From Candidatus Sulfopaludibacter sp. (lineage in GTDB: Bacteria; Verrucomicrobiota; Verrucomicrobiia; Limisphaerales; UBA11358): 64,000 bases of DNA. The notes under the pieces are model-generated. The model made no database searches. It had not been told where the DNA came from and was given only the letters and a program-made list of their open reading frames with translations. The DNA lies in assembly GCA_035508155.1 (NCBI GenBank), contig DATJNM010000060.1, positions 40,542 to 104,541 on the forward strand, written 5' to 3'. A program made the position numbers and the translations under genes. Below, piece after piece: positions 9,673-17,701 of this stretch. The first letter of the stretch is position 1, and the number at the start of each line of letters is the position of its first letter.

Positions 9673-10085
9673 GGTAAAAAATAAATCTCCTTTGTGTCGG
9701 ACCAGATTTTTCCCTTGGCAGCCGCATCCGGCAAAGGCGACTGGCAGGGATCGGTTTCCTTCCACCACCGTTGCGTTTCCGGATCGGCGGCCATCCTCGC
9801 CATATCGGCTTCGAAATTAGTGCCGGTGTATTCGAGGTAAGCGAAGACAAAAGTCTGGCCGTCGATTTCACATTCGTGGATGGAAAAGTTTTGGATGTGG
9901 CACTCCTTGATCATTTTGTTCACGCCTGGCCAAATATGGGCGTGCAGATATTCGTAATGCGCCACCTTTTCCGGTTTGAGGCCCGTGACCCAGGCGATCC
10001 GCTGCGGCGGTTTTTGCGTCGCACAACCGGCGATCAGACCGGCGGCGGAAAGGAGAACCGCACCTTTGGTGATTTGAGATTTCAT
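9669..10085 (-). CDS. L-rhamnose mutarotase (RhaM/DUF718) family protein with lipoprotein signal peptide
   Basis: Core IAWVTGLKPEKVAHYEYLHAHIWPGV...NFSIH...FAYLEYTG is RhaM-like. The N-terminus MKSQITKGAVLLSAAGLIAGC has a lipobox (LIAG/C). Confidence 0.75.
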   Translation of the reverse strand: MKSQITKGAVLLSAAGLIAGCATQKPPQRIAWVTGLKPEKVAHYEYLHAHIWPGVNKMIKECHIQNFSIHECEIDGQTFVFAYLEYTGTNFEADMARMAADPETQRWWKETDPCQSPLPDAAAKGKIWSDTKEIYFLP

Positions 10086-10088
10086 AAT

Positions 10089-11789
10089 TCAACGGAAAAT
10101 CAAATAGAGGGCGATGAACACCAACAGGATGACAGCGCTTAGAACCCGATAGTCGGCGAGGCCGCGTCCACCGGCAGCGCTGCGCAGCGGTTCACGCCAG
10201 TTTTCCCAGATGAGCAAACCGGCTTCCGCCTTGAGCGGTTCGGGGAATAAAAACGTCGTCGTCACCATGATGGCCAGGCAAGCGACGAAAAGCCAAAAGG
10301 CCATGAGCATGAAGTCGCCGCGATAAATGTTGAACCAATCCAAATAGAAACCGATGCACCCCAAGGCGATGCCGGCGAGCAGGGTGATGAATGCTGACTT
10401 GCCCGAGGCTCGTTTCCAAAATACGCCGAGCAGAAAAACGGTGGTAATCGGTGGCGCGACGTACGAAATCAACTTGTTGATACCTGAAAAAATGGTGTTG
10501 TAATGGCCAAACAGCGGCGAGGCTACGATGGCAAGGATTGTGCCGAGGACGGTTGTGATTCGACCGATCTGGACCAGTTGATGATCGCCCAAATTGGGTT
10601 GGTAGCGCTTGAATAAATCATAGGCCACGAGCGTGGCCGAGGAATTGAGCGCCGCAGAACAGGTCTGCATGGCGGCGGCGAGCATCGCGGCGGCGACAAG
10701 TCCTTTTAGTCCAACCGGCAGCAGATGAGTGAGCAGGAAGGTGTACGTATCGGCCGAGGTTTGTGGCGCTTCACCGTTAAAGAAATGTTTTTGCACCAAA
10801 GCCACGCAGATTACGCCCGGTAACACGAATAGAAACACCGGCAGGATTTTCAGGAAGGCGCAGAACAAAGGCCCGAGCCGCGCATTCTTTTCGTCCTTGG
10901 CTGCGAGCACGCGTTGCACGATGGTTTGGTCGCAGCACCAATACCAGATGCCCAAAATGGGGTAGCCGAGCAAAATGGAATACCACGGCAAGCCGCTGGG
11001 ATCCTGAGCGCCACGCGCCATGTCTAGAAAGTTCCTTGTATCCCAGGCAACTTTGCTGCCGGTCACGGCCGCCAGCGGGTGTGAATTCGACGCCAGAGTG
11101 CGGGCGAGTTCCGTCCAGCCGCCGATCTTTAAATATCCAGTGACGGTAATAACCACGGCGCCGACCAGGAGCAAAACGGTCTGGACGCTTTCGGTCCACA
11201 CCACTGCGAGCAGGCCACCCAACATGGTGTAGATTCCCGTCATTAATCCCAAAATGACAATGAAGAGCATCAAGGGGTCTGCGCCGAGAATTTTTGTGTC
11301 AGGCGCCAGGTCTAGGATTCCCCGCAACACCCATGCCGACGTGTACAGCGCCACGCCCATGTGGATGACGATGGCAGAAAAGAGTGAGATGACAGACAGA
11401 ATGTCGCGGCAGCCACGATTGAAACGGCGTTCCAGGAAGTCTGGCAATGTGGCAACCCGGGAACGCAGGTAAAGCGGCGCAAAAAACAGCGAGAGCAGGA
11501 TGAGCGTGAAGCCGGCCATCCACTCGAAGTTGCCAAATACCAGGCCGTACTTGTAAGCCGCCTCCGCCAGGCTAACGAGATGGACGGTGGAAATGTTCGC
11601 CGCGAACATGGCCAGGCCTATGACCGGCCAGGCCAGCGTGTTGCCCGCCAGAAAGTAATGCCCGCCTTCACCGCCGCGCTCGTTTTTGCGGCGCCAAAAT
11701 CCCGCGGCAACGCCAAGACCGACCACCACCAGCAGATACGCGGCTATGATGGTCCAATCGAGAGGGTCCATGGGGTTGTTGACACGCAT
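10089..11789 (-). CDS. Sodium:solute symporter (SSS) family transporter, probable fucose/sugar uptake
   Basis: 566 aa polytopic membrane protein with SSS-like segments (GHYFLAGN, multiple TM helices). It lies 3 nt from the mutarotase gene and shares 1 nt with the fucosidase stop. Confidence 0.85.
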   Translation of the reverse strand: MRVNNPMDPLDWTIIAAYLLVVVGLGVAAGFWRRKNERGGEGGHYFLAGNTLAWPVIGLAMFAANISTVHLVSLAEAAYKYGLVFGNFEWMAGFTLILLSLFFAPLYLRSRVATLPDFLERRFNRGCRDILSVISLFSAIVIHMGVALYTSAWVLRGILDLAPDTKILGADPLMLFIVILGLMTGIYTMLGGLLAVVWTESVQTVLLLVGAVVITVTGYLKIGGWTELARTLASNSHPLAAVTGSKVAWDTRNFLDMARGAQDPSGLPWYSILLGYPILGIWYWCCDQTIVQRVLAAKDEKNARLGPLFCAFLKILPVFLFVLPGVICVALVQKHFFNGEAPQTSADTYTFLLTHLLPVGLKGLVAAAMLAAAMQTCSAALNSSATLVAYDLFKRYQPNLGDHQLVQIGRITTVLGTILAIVASPLFGHYNTIFSGINKLISYVAPPITTVFLLGVFWKRASGKSAFITLLAGIALGCIGFYLDWFNIYRGDFMLMAFWLFVACLAIMVTTTFLFPEPLKAEAGLLIWENWREPLRSAAGGRGLADYRVLSAVILLVFIALYLIFR

Positions 11790-13489
11790 TATTCCGACAA
11801 TTCGATCTCGTTGATTGTTGGGCCTTCGCTGGCGGCCAAGATGTCCAGGCGGAAGTCCTGCGCCATTGCCGTTCCAAAACTTTTCTCATAGTTTTCGCCC
11901 AGGGTTGTTCCGCTGAAGATTGTTTTCCAATCGTCGCCAGTGCGATATTGGAACTCAAATTTCTGCACACGGTCGGGATATGCTTCAGAGATGCGGATGT
12001 GATTTGCTGCCAGCGGCTTTACGAAGTGCACGGCAATCCAGGCCTGTTTAGTCTCATCGTCCGCGGCCCAGCGGGTTTGCTCGTTGCCATCAAAGGCAAA
12101 TTGCGGGCCGTAATCCGCTTCATCGTTGCGATACGTGTTTGAGGCAGTTGCCTCGAAGGCGGCAGGCAAGGTTACAGCTGGCAAATTAAGCGCCGTACCG
12201 TCCAGTGTTAATTTTATAACCGTGTCACGCGCTTCCTTTTGGCCAGGTGGAAGAGTGAGAACCAACAGGCCAGCCTGATTGACGAATGTAACTTTGTTTC
12301 CATTAAGCAACGAGGCCGACACTACTTTGCGGGGAATGGCCGGAAGTTGGATGTGATCACTGGCTGCGCGCAGAACGTGAACGTAAATGACACTGCCTTT
12401 GCGTGTGCTGGCGATGGCAGTGGTCGGTTTCCAGGGCCCGCCACGCGTGCCGTAAATACTTTCGCCGTTCTTAACCAGCCAGGCGCCGACTTGGTGCAAC
12501 ACAGCAACCTGCCGCGGTTCAATGCGGCCATCGGGCATCGGCCCGACATCGAGCAGCAGGTTGCCATCACCGCCGGCACATTGCGCGAGTATTTGGATGA
12601 CCATGCCCGCGGACTTTATTTTGTCAGTCGGTTTCCAGGACCACTGGGTGCCGAGTGTCATGCAAGTTTCCCACGGAACCTTGTCGTCATAAGCTCCAAT
12701 GCGCTGTTCTGGCGTGTAAAAATCCTCGTTCGGATTAAGATGGCCTTGGTGTACCCACTCATCGTGGGTGCTCATCTCCAGACGATTGTTGATTAGGATC
12801 TGCGGTTGCCACTGGCGGACAAGCGCATAAGTTTTCGTCGGATCCCACATTGCTGGCAGCCCATCGCAATCAAACCAAAGCACATTGATCTCGCCGTAAC
12901 GGGAAAGTAATTCACCCGCTTCCGCCTGAATTTTGCGTACAAAACGGTCGTTGTTCGCCGATCGGCAATCGGGATCGCGCCAGTCCATGGGGGAAAAATA
13001 CCAGCCGATCATCATACCCTGGCGGTGGGCAGCGTCAGCCAGTTTCTCGCAAATGTCCCGATGGAACGGTGTCGCGCTGATGTTGTAACCGTCAACTTTT
13101 GAATCCCAAAGCAAGAACCCATCGGCGTGTTTGGCGGTAAGCACCATATATTTCATGCCGGCGTCCCGGGCGACACCGACCCACTCTGCGGCGTTGAAAT
13201 TGGTCGGATCAAAACTCCTATAAAGATTGTCATAGACGGCGACGGGTATAGGGCCGTGGTTCGGGCAATTGGTATTAGAATTGGCGCGCGACCAACTAAT
13301 TTCCTGCCCGGTGAGACTGACTGGTCCCCAGTGGATAAACATGCCAAACCGAGCTGCACGCCACGCGGCGAGTTGCGAATCGTGTTCCGTAAGGATGGTG
13401 CTGGGCACCGCCTGGACGATCGTCAGGAATGGGGCAGAACTAATGAGAAACACGATCATCGTTTTCCTCATGGAGGCAATCACCATCAT
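11789..13489 (-). CDS. GH29 alpha-L-fucosidase with C-terminal F5/8 type C (discoidin/CBM32-like) domain
   Basis: GH29 motifs FGMFIHWGP and MVLTAKHADGF. The C-terminal FAFDGNEQTRWAAD is discoidin-like. The alternative start ATG 13471 (MRKTMIVFLISSAPFLTIVQA) gives a cleaner signal peptide. Confidence 0.9.
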   Translation of the reverse strand: MMVIASMRKTMIVFLISSAPFLTIVQAVPSTILTEHDSQLAAWRAARFGMFIHWGPVSLTGQEISWSRANSNTNCPNHGPIPVAVYDNLYRSFDPTNFNAAEWVGVARDAGMKYMVLTAKHADGFLLWDSKVDGYNISATPFHRDICEKLADAAHRQGMMIGWYFSPMDWRDPDCRSANNDRFVRKIQAEAGELLSRYGEINVLWFDCDGLPAMWDPTKTYALVRQWQPQILINNRLEMSTHDEWVHQGHLNPNEDFYTPEQRIGAYDDKVPWETCMTLGTQWSWKPTDKIKSAGMVIQILAQCAGGDGNLLLDVGPMPDGRIEPRQVAVLHQVGAWLVKNGESIYGTRGGPWKPTTAIASTRKGSVIYVHVLRAASDHIQLPAIPRKVVSASLLNGNKVTFVNQAGLLVLTLPPGQKEARDTVIKLTLDGTALNLPAVTLPAAFEATASNTYRNDEADYGPQFAFDGNEQTRWAADDETKQAWIAVHFVKPLAANHIRISEAYPDRVQKFEFQYRTGDDWKTIFSGTTLGENYEKSFGTAMAQDFRLDILAASEGPTINEIELSE

Positions 13490-13506
13490 AATATTTCAAA
13501 AACTTG

Positions 13507-13563
13507 ATTTGTCTGATTCTTGGCATAAATTGTCCTACAAAGAATAAATCTGTCTTGCAAAAT
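13507..13563. promoter_or_regulatory. Phased TGTC boxes / 19-nt direct repeat in fucose-operon/araC divergent intergenic region (candidate AraC-type operator)
   Basis: TGTC cores at 13510, 13531 and 13551 (spacing 21 and 20 nt). ATAAATTGTCCTACAAAGA (13525-13543) and ATAAATCTGTCTTGCAAAA (13544-13562) are adjacent similar repeats, in an AT-rich 100-nt gap between divergent genes. Confidence 0.35.
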
Positions 13564-13589
13564 TGTTCGGCGAAGGACATTGAACAAGT

Positions 13590-14636
13590 ATGTTCACGGA
13601 ACCGACTTACCAAGCCCGGAACAAGCGATATGAAATTGACCGCTGCGAACCGCAGGTGCGCGCCGTGCGCGAAGGTAAAATCAAATTTCACGCCTTGTCC
13701 AAGGGGCACTATCCCGGCACACCTATCCCTGAAAATGTGCTCCCCGGATTGAACAGCATCGGGTTTTGGGACGCAGGCGGCACGCCGGATTGGGGCGAGG
13801 ATCCGCATCGCAATGAGGGCGTTGAAGTGGTGTTCCTGGAGACTGGGACAACGGCGTTTACAGTGGATCGGGCGCAATTCAATCTGCGCGCCGGTAATTT
13901 TACGATCACCCGGCCGTGGCAACTGCACAAACTGGGCGGCCCGAACATTGGGCCGTGTCGACTGCACTGGGTTATTCTTGATGTGGGTGTGCGTCGTCCG
14001 CATCAAGATTGGTGCTGGCCGGACTGGGTGGTACTGACGAAGAGCGATCTGGCCGAGCTTACCCAAAAACTGCGACGTAACGAACATCCAGTTTGGTCAT
14101 CCACTCCTGCCATTGCGCAGTCCTTCTGTGCACTGGCCCGCGCCATTGCCGCTTGGGATCAATCTCATGCCGTTTCCCGCATGGCCGTTTATCTGAACCA
14201 GTTATTGATCGGTATTCTGGATGCGTTGGCGGAACAACAGACCCATGAAAATGAGCAATTGATTTCACGCAAGCGGGCAGTGGAAATGTTCCTGCGCGAT
14301 CTCCACGAGGGGCGCGTTGATGTAGGTGAACCATGGACCCTGGAACGTATGGCTTTCCACTGTGGGATGCGGGCAACCGCATTTTCAAAATATTGCCGCC
14401 AGTTGGTAAACGCCGGGCCGATGGAGTATTTAAACCAATGCCGTTTGGACCGAGCTGCGCAGCAATTGCGAACTCAACCCGGTCGTTCTGTCACGGATAT
14501 CGCTTTCGCAAATGGTTTTAACTCCAGCCAATACTTCGCCACACGTTTCCGCCGCCGCTTTCGTGTTTCTCCAAGCCATTTTGTGAACAATGCTTCATTC
14601 CGTAAAACGGAGCCGGCCATCCCGCTATTCATATAG
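13590..14636 (+). CDS. AraC-family transcriptional regulator (cupin-like N-domain + C-terminal dual HTH)
   Basis: The C-terminus FHCGMRATAFSKYCRQL...VTDIAFANGFNSSQYFATRFRRRFRVSP is a classical AraC HTH. It is divergent from the fucose operon. Confidence 0.9.
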   Translation: MFTEPTYQARNKRYEIDRCEPQVRAVREGKIKFHALSKGHYPGTPIPENVLPGLNSIGFWDAGGTPDWGEDPHRNEGVEVVFLETGTTAFTVDRAQFNLRAGNFTITRPWQLHKLGGPNIGPCRLHWVILDVGVRRPHQDWCWPDWVVLTKSDLAELTQKLRRNEHPVWSSTPAIAQSFCALARAIAAWDQSHAVSRMAVYLNQLLIGILDALAEQQTHENEQLISRKRAVEMFLRDLHEGRVDVGEPWTLERMAFHCGMRATAFSKYCRQLVNAGPMEYLNQCRLDRAAQQLRTQPGRSVTDIAFANGFNSSQYFATRFRRRFRVSPSHFVNNASFRKTEPAIPLFI

Positions 14637-14912
14637 CGAGTAAGGGCCATCATCGGCACGCAGGCCGTTAGGTCGGTTGTTGACGAGGCGGGCGCCGGAC
14701 GACGCGCAATCGTCAAATGTCGCGAGCACGGGCCGGATGTCGTAATAATGAACGTGAGAATGCCCAGGCTTGGGGGCGTTGAGGCCGCGCTTCAAATCCG
14801 CAAGGGATTCCCCAGTACACGCATCATTGTTTTGAATACTTACGAAGGAGACGAGCACATGCATCGTGCGTTGGAAACAGGGGCGCATGCTTATCTTCTG
14901 AAAGATAGATAA
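14637..14912 (+). pseudogene. Decayed NarL/FixJ-type receiver-domain remnant (no start codon, no output domain, phospho-acceptor residues lost)
   Basis: In the frame directly following the AraC TAG it reads RVRAIIGTQAVRSVVDEAGAGRRAIVKCREHGPDVVIMNVRMPRLGGVEAALQIRKGFPSTRIIVLNTYEGDEHMHRALETGAHAYLLKDR*. This is REC-like, but DD is replaced by GT and the acceptor D by N (VIMNVRMP). There is no canonical in-frame start before ATG 14748, and it stops right after LLKD. Confidence 0.6.
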
Positions 14913-14928
14913 CTCACGCAACATCGGC

Positions 14929-15783
14929 TTACATGCCGGGCTTCATCATGTTGTCCCCCATTGATCCCGCATCGAGCGCTTTTAGCACGGTGTCGGCTTT
15001 GACACGGTCGCCGTGCTGCTTGCTGACGTGAGCAAAAATCACCTTGTTGTCCTTGCCAATAATGAACGTGGATGGATAGGCAGTCTCCCTCGGCGCATCC
15101 CAACGCAAACCATAGGCTGTGGTGAAGAAATAATCCGGATCAAGAACGAGCAGAAAATCCTGCGGCCAGTCTTTGCCCTTAAGAAAGTCAGCCGCGTGCG
15201 ACTTGAGATCGTCCGACGGCCCGGGATAAACCATCACTACTTGGACCCCATCGGCCACAAGCTCTTTTTCATGATTCACAAAATCGTGCGCTTGACGAGA
15301 GCAGAATGGGCATTGATAACCCGGCCAGCCGCGCAAGACAACAAGCACCACCTTGCTTTTGGCGGTGAGGTCGTCGAGCCGCACCGATTGGTCGTCAAGC
15401 GTATTGAGCGTGAAATCAGGCGCCGAACTCCCGACGCTTGGCGGATTGGTCTCGCTCATCATGCCGGACGCCATGTTGTCCATTGGGGTGGTGTTCATGG
15501 CAGGTGCCATATTTCCCATTTGGGATGTATTGGTGCCATTCATGTTATCTGAGCCCATGCCGCCCATTTTGGATGAAGGCTGCATCTTGTCCGAACTCAT
15601 GCCATCCATTTTGGACGGGGACTGCATGTTTTCTGAATTCATGCCACCCATTTGATTTGAGTTGGTGCCATTCATGGTGTCTTGCGCCATGCCGACCATC
15701 TGCGCGTTCAGAACCAGAGGAAAAGCGCAGGCCAAAATGGCGACCAAGTGTTTGCGGTGATTAATGGTTTCTTTGAGTTTCAT
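14929..15783 (-). CDS. Secreted thioredoxin-fold PRX-like (AhpC/TSA/redoxin) protein with Met-rich N-terminal tract
   Basis: Start trimmed to ATG 15783 (MKLKETINHRKHLVAILACAFPLVLNA signal peptide). Redoxin core VVLVVLRGWPGYQCPFCSRQAHDF (CxxC). It is preceded by ~80 aa containing about 19 Met. Confidence 0.85.
   Translation of the reverse strand: MKLKETINHRKHLVAILACAFPLVLNAQMVGMAQDTMNGTNSNQMGGMNSENMQSPSKMDGMSSDKMQPSSKMGGMGSDNMNGTNTSQMGNMAPAMNTTPMDNMASGMMSETNPPSVGSSAPDFTLNTLDDQSVRLDDLTAKSKVVLVVLRGWPGYQCPFCSRQAHDFVNHEKELVADGVQVVMVYPGPSDDLKSHAADFLKGKDWPQDFLLVLDPDYFFTTAYGLRWDAPRETAYPSTFIIGKDNKVIFAHVSKQHGDRVKADTVLKALDAGSMGDNMMKPGM
15460..15702 (-). repeat. Coding low-complexity tandem repeat (Met-rich MxxM-type units)
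   Basis: Translated units: MGGMNSENMQSPSK / MDGMSSDKMQPSSK / MGGMGSDNMNGTNTSQ / MGNMAPAMNTTPMDNMASGMM. The repetition is also visible in the DNA (catgcc/catttt periodicity). Confidence 0.8.
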
Positions 15784-15836
15784 TTGTAGTTTTATTGTTG
15801 TGTTGATTGCTTTGCAGGCAAAATCATTTTCATCGG

Positions 15837-16577
15837 CTACGGCAACCAGCCCCCGGTGGCCTGTAACGGCTTGAGTTCTCCGTTGTGCGTCACCCAAACG
15901 GCAAGCGCCCGACGCCCAGCAATGCCTTTGGAGTTGGGATCAATGGCGACGGCGCCTTGAAATCCGTTGGTCTGGCTGATGAGCGGACATGTAACAAGTG
16001 AAAGCACGGCGAAATCGTGATTCAAAACATGGCCTGAATTCTCGCCGGCCGTGACTACAGAGTTCAGTCCGCTTGCGAGGACTGCGACGGCGGCTTCGTA
16101 ATCCGCGACGCCTTCATTTCCCGCCGGATTAAAATGCACCTGCCAATGTTTGCCGTCATCGGAATTGACCCGCAGCGCCCCGGCCTTGTTTTCAGACGCG
16201 GAGGGTGCGCCCCGGAAACCCAGCCCATTTCCCCATTCATGGCCATTTAAAACAAATTCGGGTGTGTAGATGTTTTCGGCCGACCATGCCTGCGCGTAGC
16301 TGCGCTGCCGGTCGGAATATTGTCCGCTGGAGAGTTTGTCACGCCAGCCGAGGTTGTTCCAATAATCCACGTGAAAGGCGACGGGGACAAATTCGCTCCA
16401 CAGGCCCGGTGCGGTTTTCAACTTGCTCAACCACGCCTCAGCGGGCGGACAACTGCTGCAACCTTCGGACGTGTAAAGCTCCAGCAGTGCCGTCTGGCGC
16501 TCAGCACTTTGAAATGCCACCGGCCCGGCGGTTGCGGTGACACTGGCTAACATCGCAAAGAAACAAATCCATTTCAT
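15837..16577 (-). CDS. DUF1223 family protein (thioredoxin-like, secreted)
   Basis: LELYTSEGCSSCPPAEAWLSKL and FHVDYWNNLGWRD are hallmark DUF1223 segments. ATG 16577 gives the signal peptide MKWICFFAMLASVTATA (track start 16601 is a GTG). Confidence 0.85.
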   Translation of the reverse strand: MKWICFFAMLASVTATAGPVAFQSAERQTALLELYTSEGCSSCPPAEAWLSKLKTAPGLWSEFVPVAFHVDYWNNLGWRDKLSSGQYSDRQRSYAQAWSAENIYTPEFVLNGHEWGNGLGFRGAPSASENKAGALRVNSDDGKHWQVHFNPAGNEGVADYEAAVAVLASGLNSVVTAGENSGHVLNHDFAVLSLVTCPLISQTNGFQGAVAIDPNSKGIAGRRALAVWVTHNGELKPLQATGGWLP

Positions 16578-16610
16578 CGTGTTAATGGTGGGAGCAACCA
16601 CGAATGGCTT

Positions 16611-16646
16611 TTATTCCAAAAAACTTTATCTAAAAAAATGGAATAA
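16611..16646. promoter_or_regulatory. Inverted repeat in divergent promoter region (candidate operator)
   Basis: TTATTCCA (16611-16618) and TGGAATAA (16639-16646) form a perfect 8-bp inverted repeat around a 20-nt A/T-rich spacer, between the DUF1223 operon (-) and tlpA-like gene (+). Confidence 0.35.
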
Positions 16647-16676
16647 TGTCGGCGGCTGCTTCCTCATATATTGTGA

Positions 16677-17210
16677 ATGAAAAATCTGAAGGCCTACGGG
16701 ATGGCTTTGGTGGTCATGGCGGTTCTCGCCATCATCGCGTTGCCGGCCGGGAGTTCTCCGTCACAGGATGCGCCTCCGGTTGCCGCCGACCAATCCGTTG
16801 CGGCGCCGAGTTGGGAGCTGACGGACGTAAATGGCAAAACGATTCATTCCACCGACTTTAAGGACAAGGTTATTATTCTGGATTTTTGGGCCACGTGGTG
16901 CGCTCCGTGTCGCATGGAAATCCCGGGCCTTATCGCGTTGCAAAAAAAATACGCGCGGCAGGGATTGGTGGTCATCGGCGCGTCAGTGGATGAAGGCGGG
17001 GCTTCAATGGTCAAACAATTTGTGGAAAAAATGGGCATGAATTACCCGGTGGTATTGACGGATGAAAAAATGCAGGACTTGTTTGGCGGGATCGAGGTAG
17101 TGCCAACGACGTTCATCATAGATCGTGAAGGCCACATCGTGAAAAAATATCTCGGTTTGACGGACCAGAGCGAGTTTGAGCAGGAAATCAAGCCGCTGCT
17201 CGGTCCCTGA
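16677..17210 (+). CDS. TlpA/ResA-family periplasmic thiol:disulfide oxidoreductase
   Basis: ILDFWATWCAPCRMEIPGL (WCxxC thioredoxin motif) and an N-terminal membrane anchor/signal MKNLKAYGMALVVMAVLAIIALPAG. Confidence 0.9.
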   Translation: MKNLKAYGMALVVMAVLAIIALPAGSSPSQDAPPVAADQSVAAPSWELTDVNGKTIHSTDFKDKVIILDFWATWCAPCRMEIPGLIALQKKYARQGLVVIGASVDEGGASMVKQFVEKMGMNYPVVLTDEKMQDLFGGIEVVPTTFIIDREGHIVKKYLGLTDQSEFEQEIKPLLGP

Positions 17211-17375
17211 ACTGGCATTCCTGAAAATGAATATTCAAAGGGTCATTGCCCGCAGACAATGCAAACATCGCAAGGGAAAGCCCGGCAACCCGGCCCTGAA
17301 TCACTGCCTTGCGCCGGTTGCGGTTGACGGAGACCTGCGTTATGGTGCCGACACACAAATCGAAAGGAGTGGAAT

Positions 17376-17678
17376 ATGATCAAAGTTGCATTATTCGTGC
17401 GGCTGGAGGCCAAACCCGGAAAAGCAGATGAAGTGGAGAATTTTTTGTGCGGAGGTTTGCCTCTGGTGGAACAGGAGCCGGCGACGCTGGCCTGGTTCGG
17501 AATTCGTCTGGGGCCAACCACGTTCGGTATTTTCGATGTCTTCCCGGACGAATCAGGCCGGCAGGCGCACCTCTCGGGGAGAGTCGCAGCCGCCTTGATG
17601 GCCAAGGCGCCGGACTTGCTTGCCCGACCGCCGGTCATTGAGAAGGCCGACGTCCTTGCCGTCAAGCTTCCCACATAG
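17376..17678 (+). CDS. Antibiotic-biosynthesis-monooxygenase (ABM)-like small protein
   Basis: 100 aa with a ferredoxin-like ABM pattern (IKVALFVRLEAKPGKADEVENFL...WFGIRLGPTTFGIFDVF). Strong SD (AAGGAG) 7 nt upstream of the ATG. Confidence 0.7.
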   Translation: MIKVALFVRLEAKPGKADEVENFLCGGLPLVEQEPATLAWFGIRLGPTTFGIFDVFPDESGRQAHLSGRVAAALMAKAPDLLARPPVIEKADVLAVKLPT

Positions 17679-17701
17679 ATTGTACCCAAACTCTTCATTG
17701 C

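Noticed and set aside
14625-14924. 99-aa minus-strand ORF between araC and the PRX-like gene.
   Set aside because: The opposite (+) strand frame reads as a recognisable receiver-domain remnant (…DVVIMNVRMP…ALETGAHAYLLKD). The minus ORF is its shadow and has no recognisable features.
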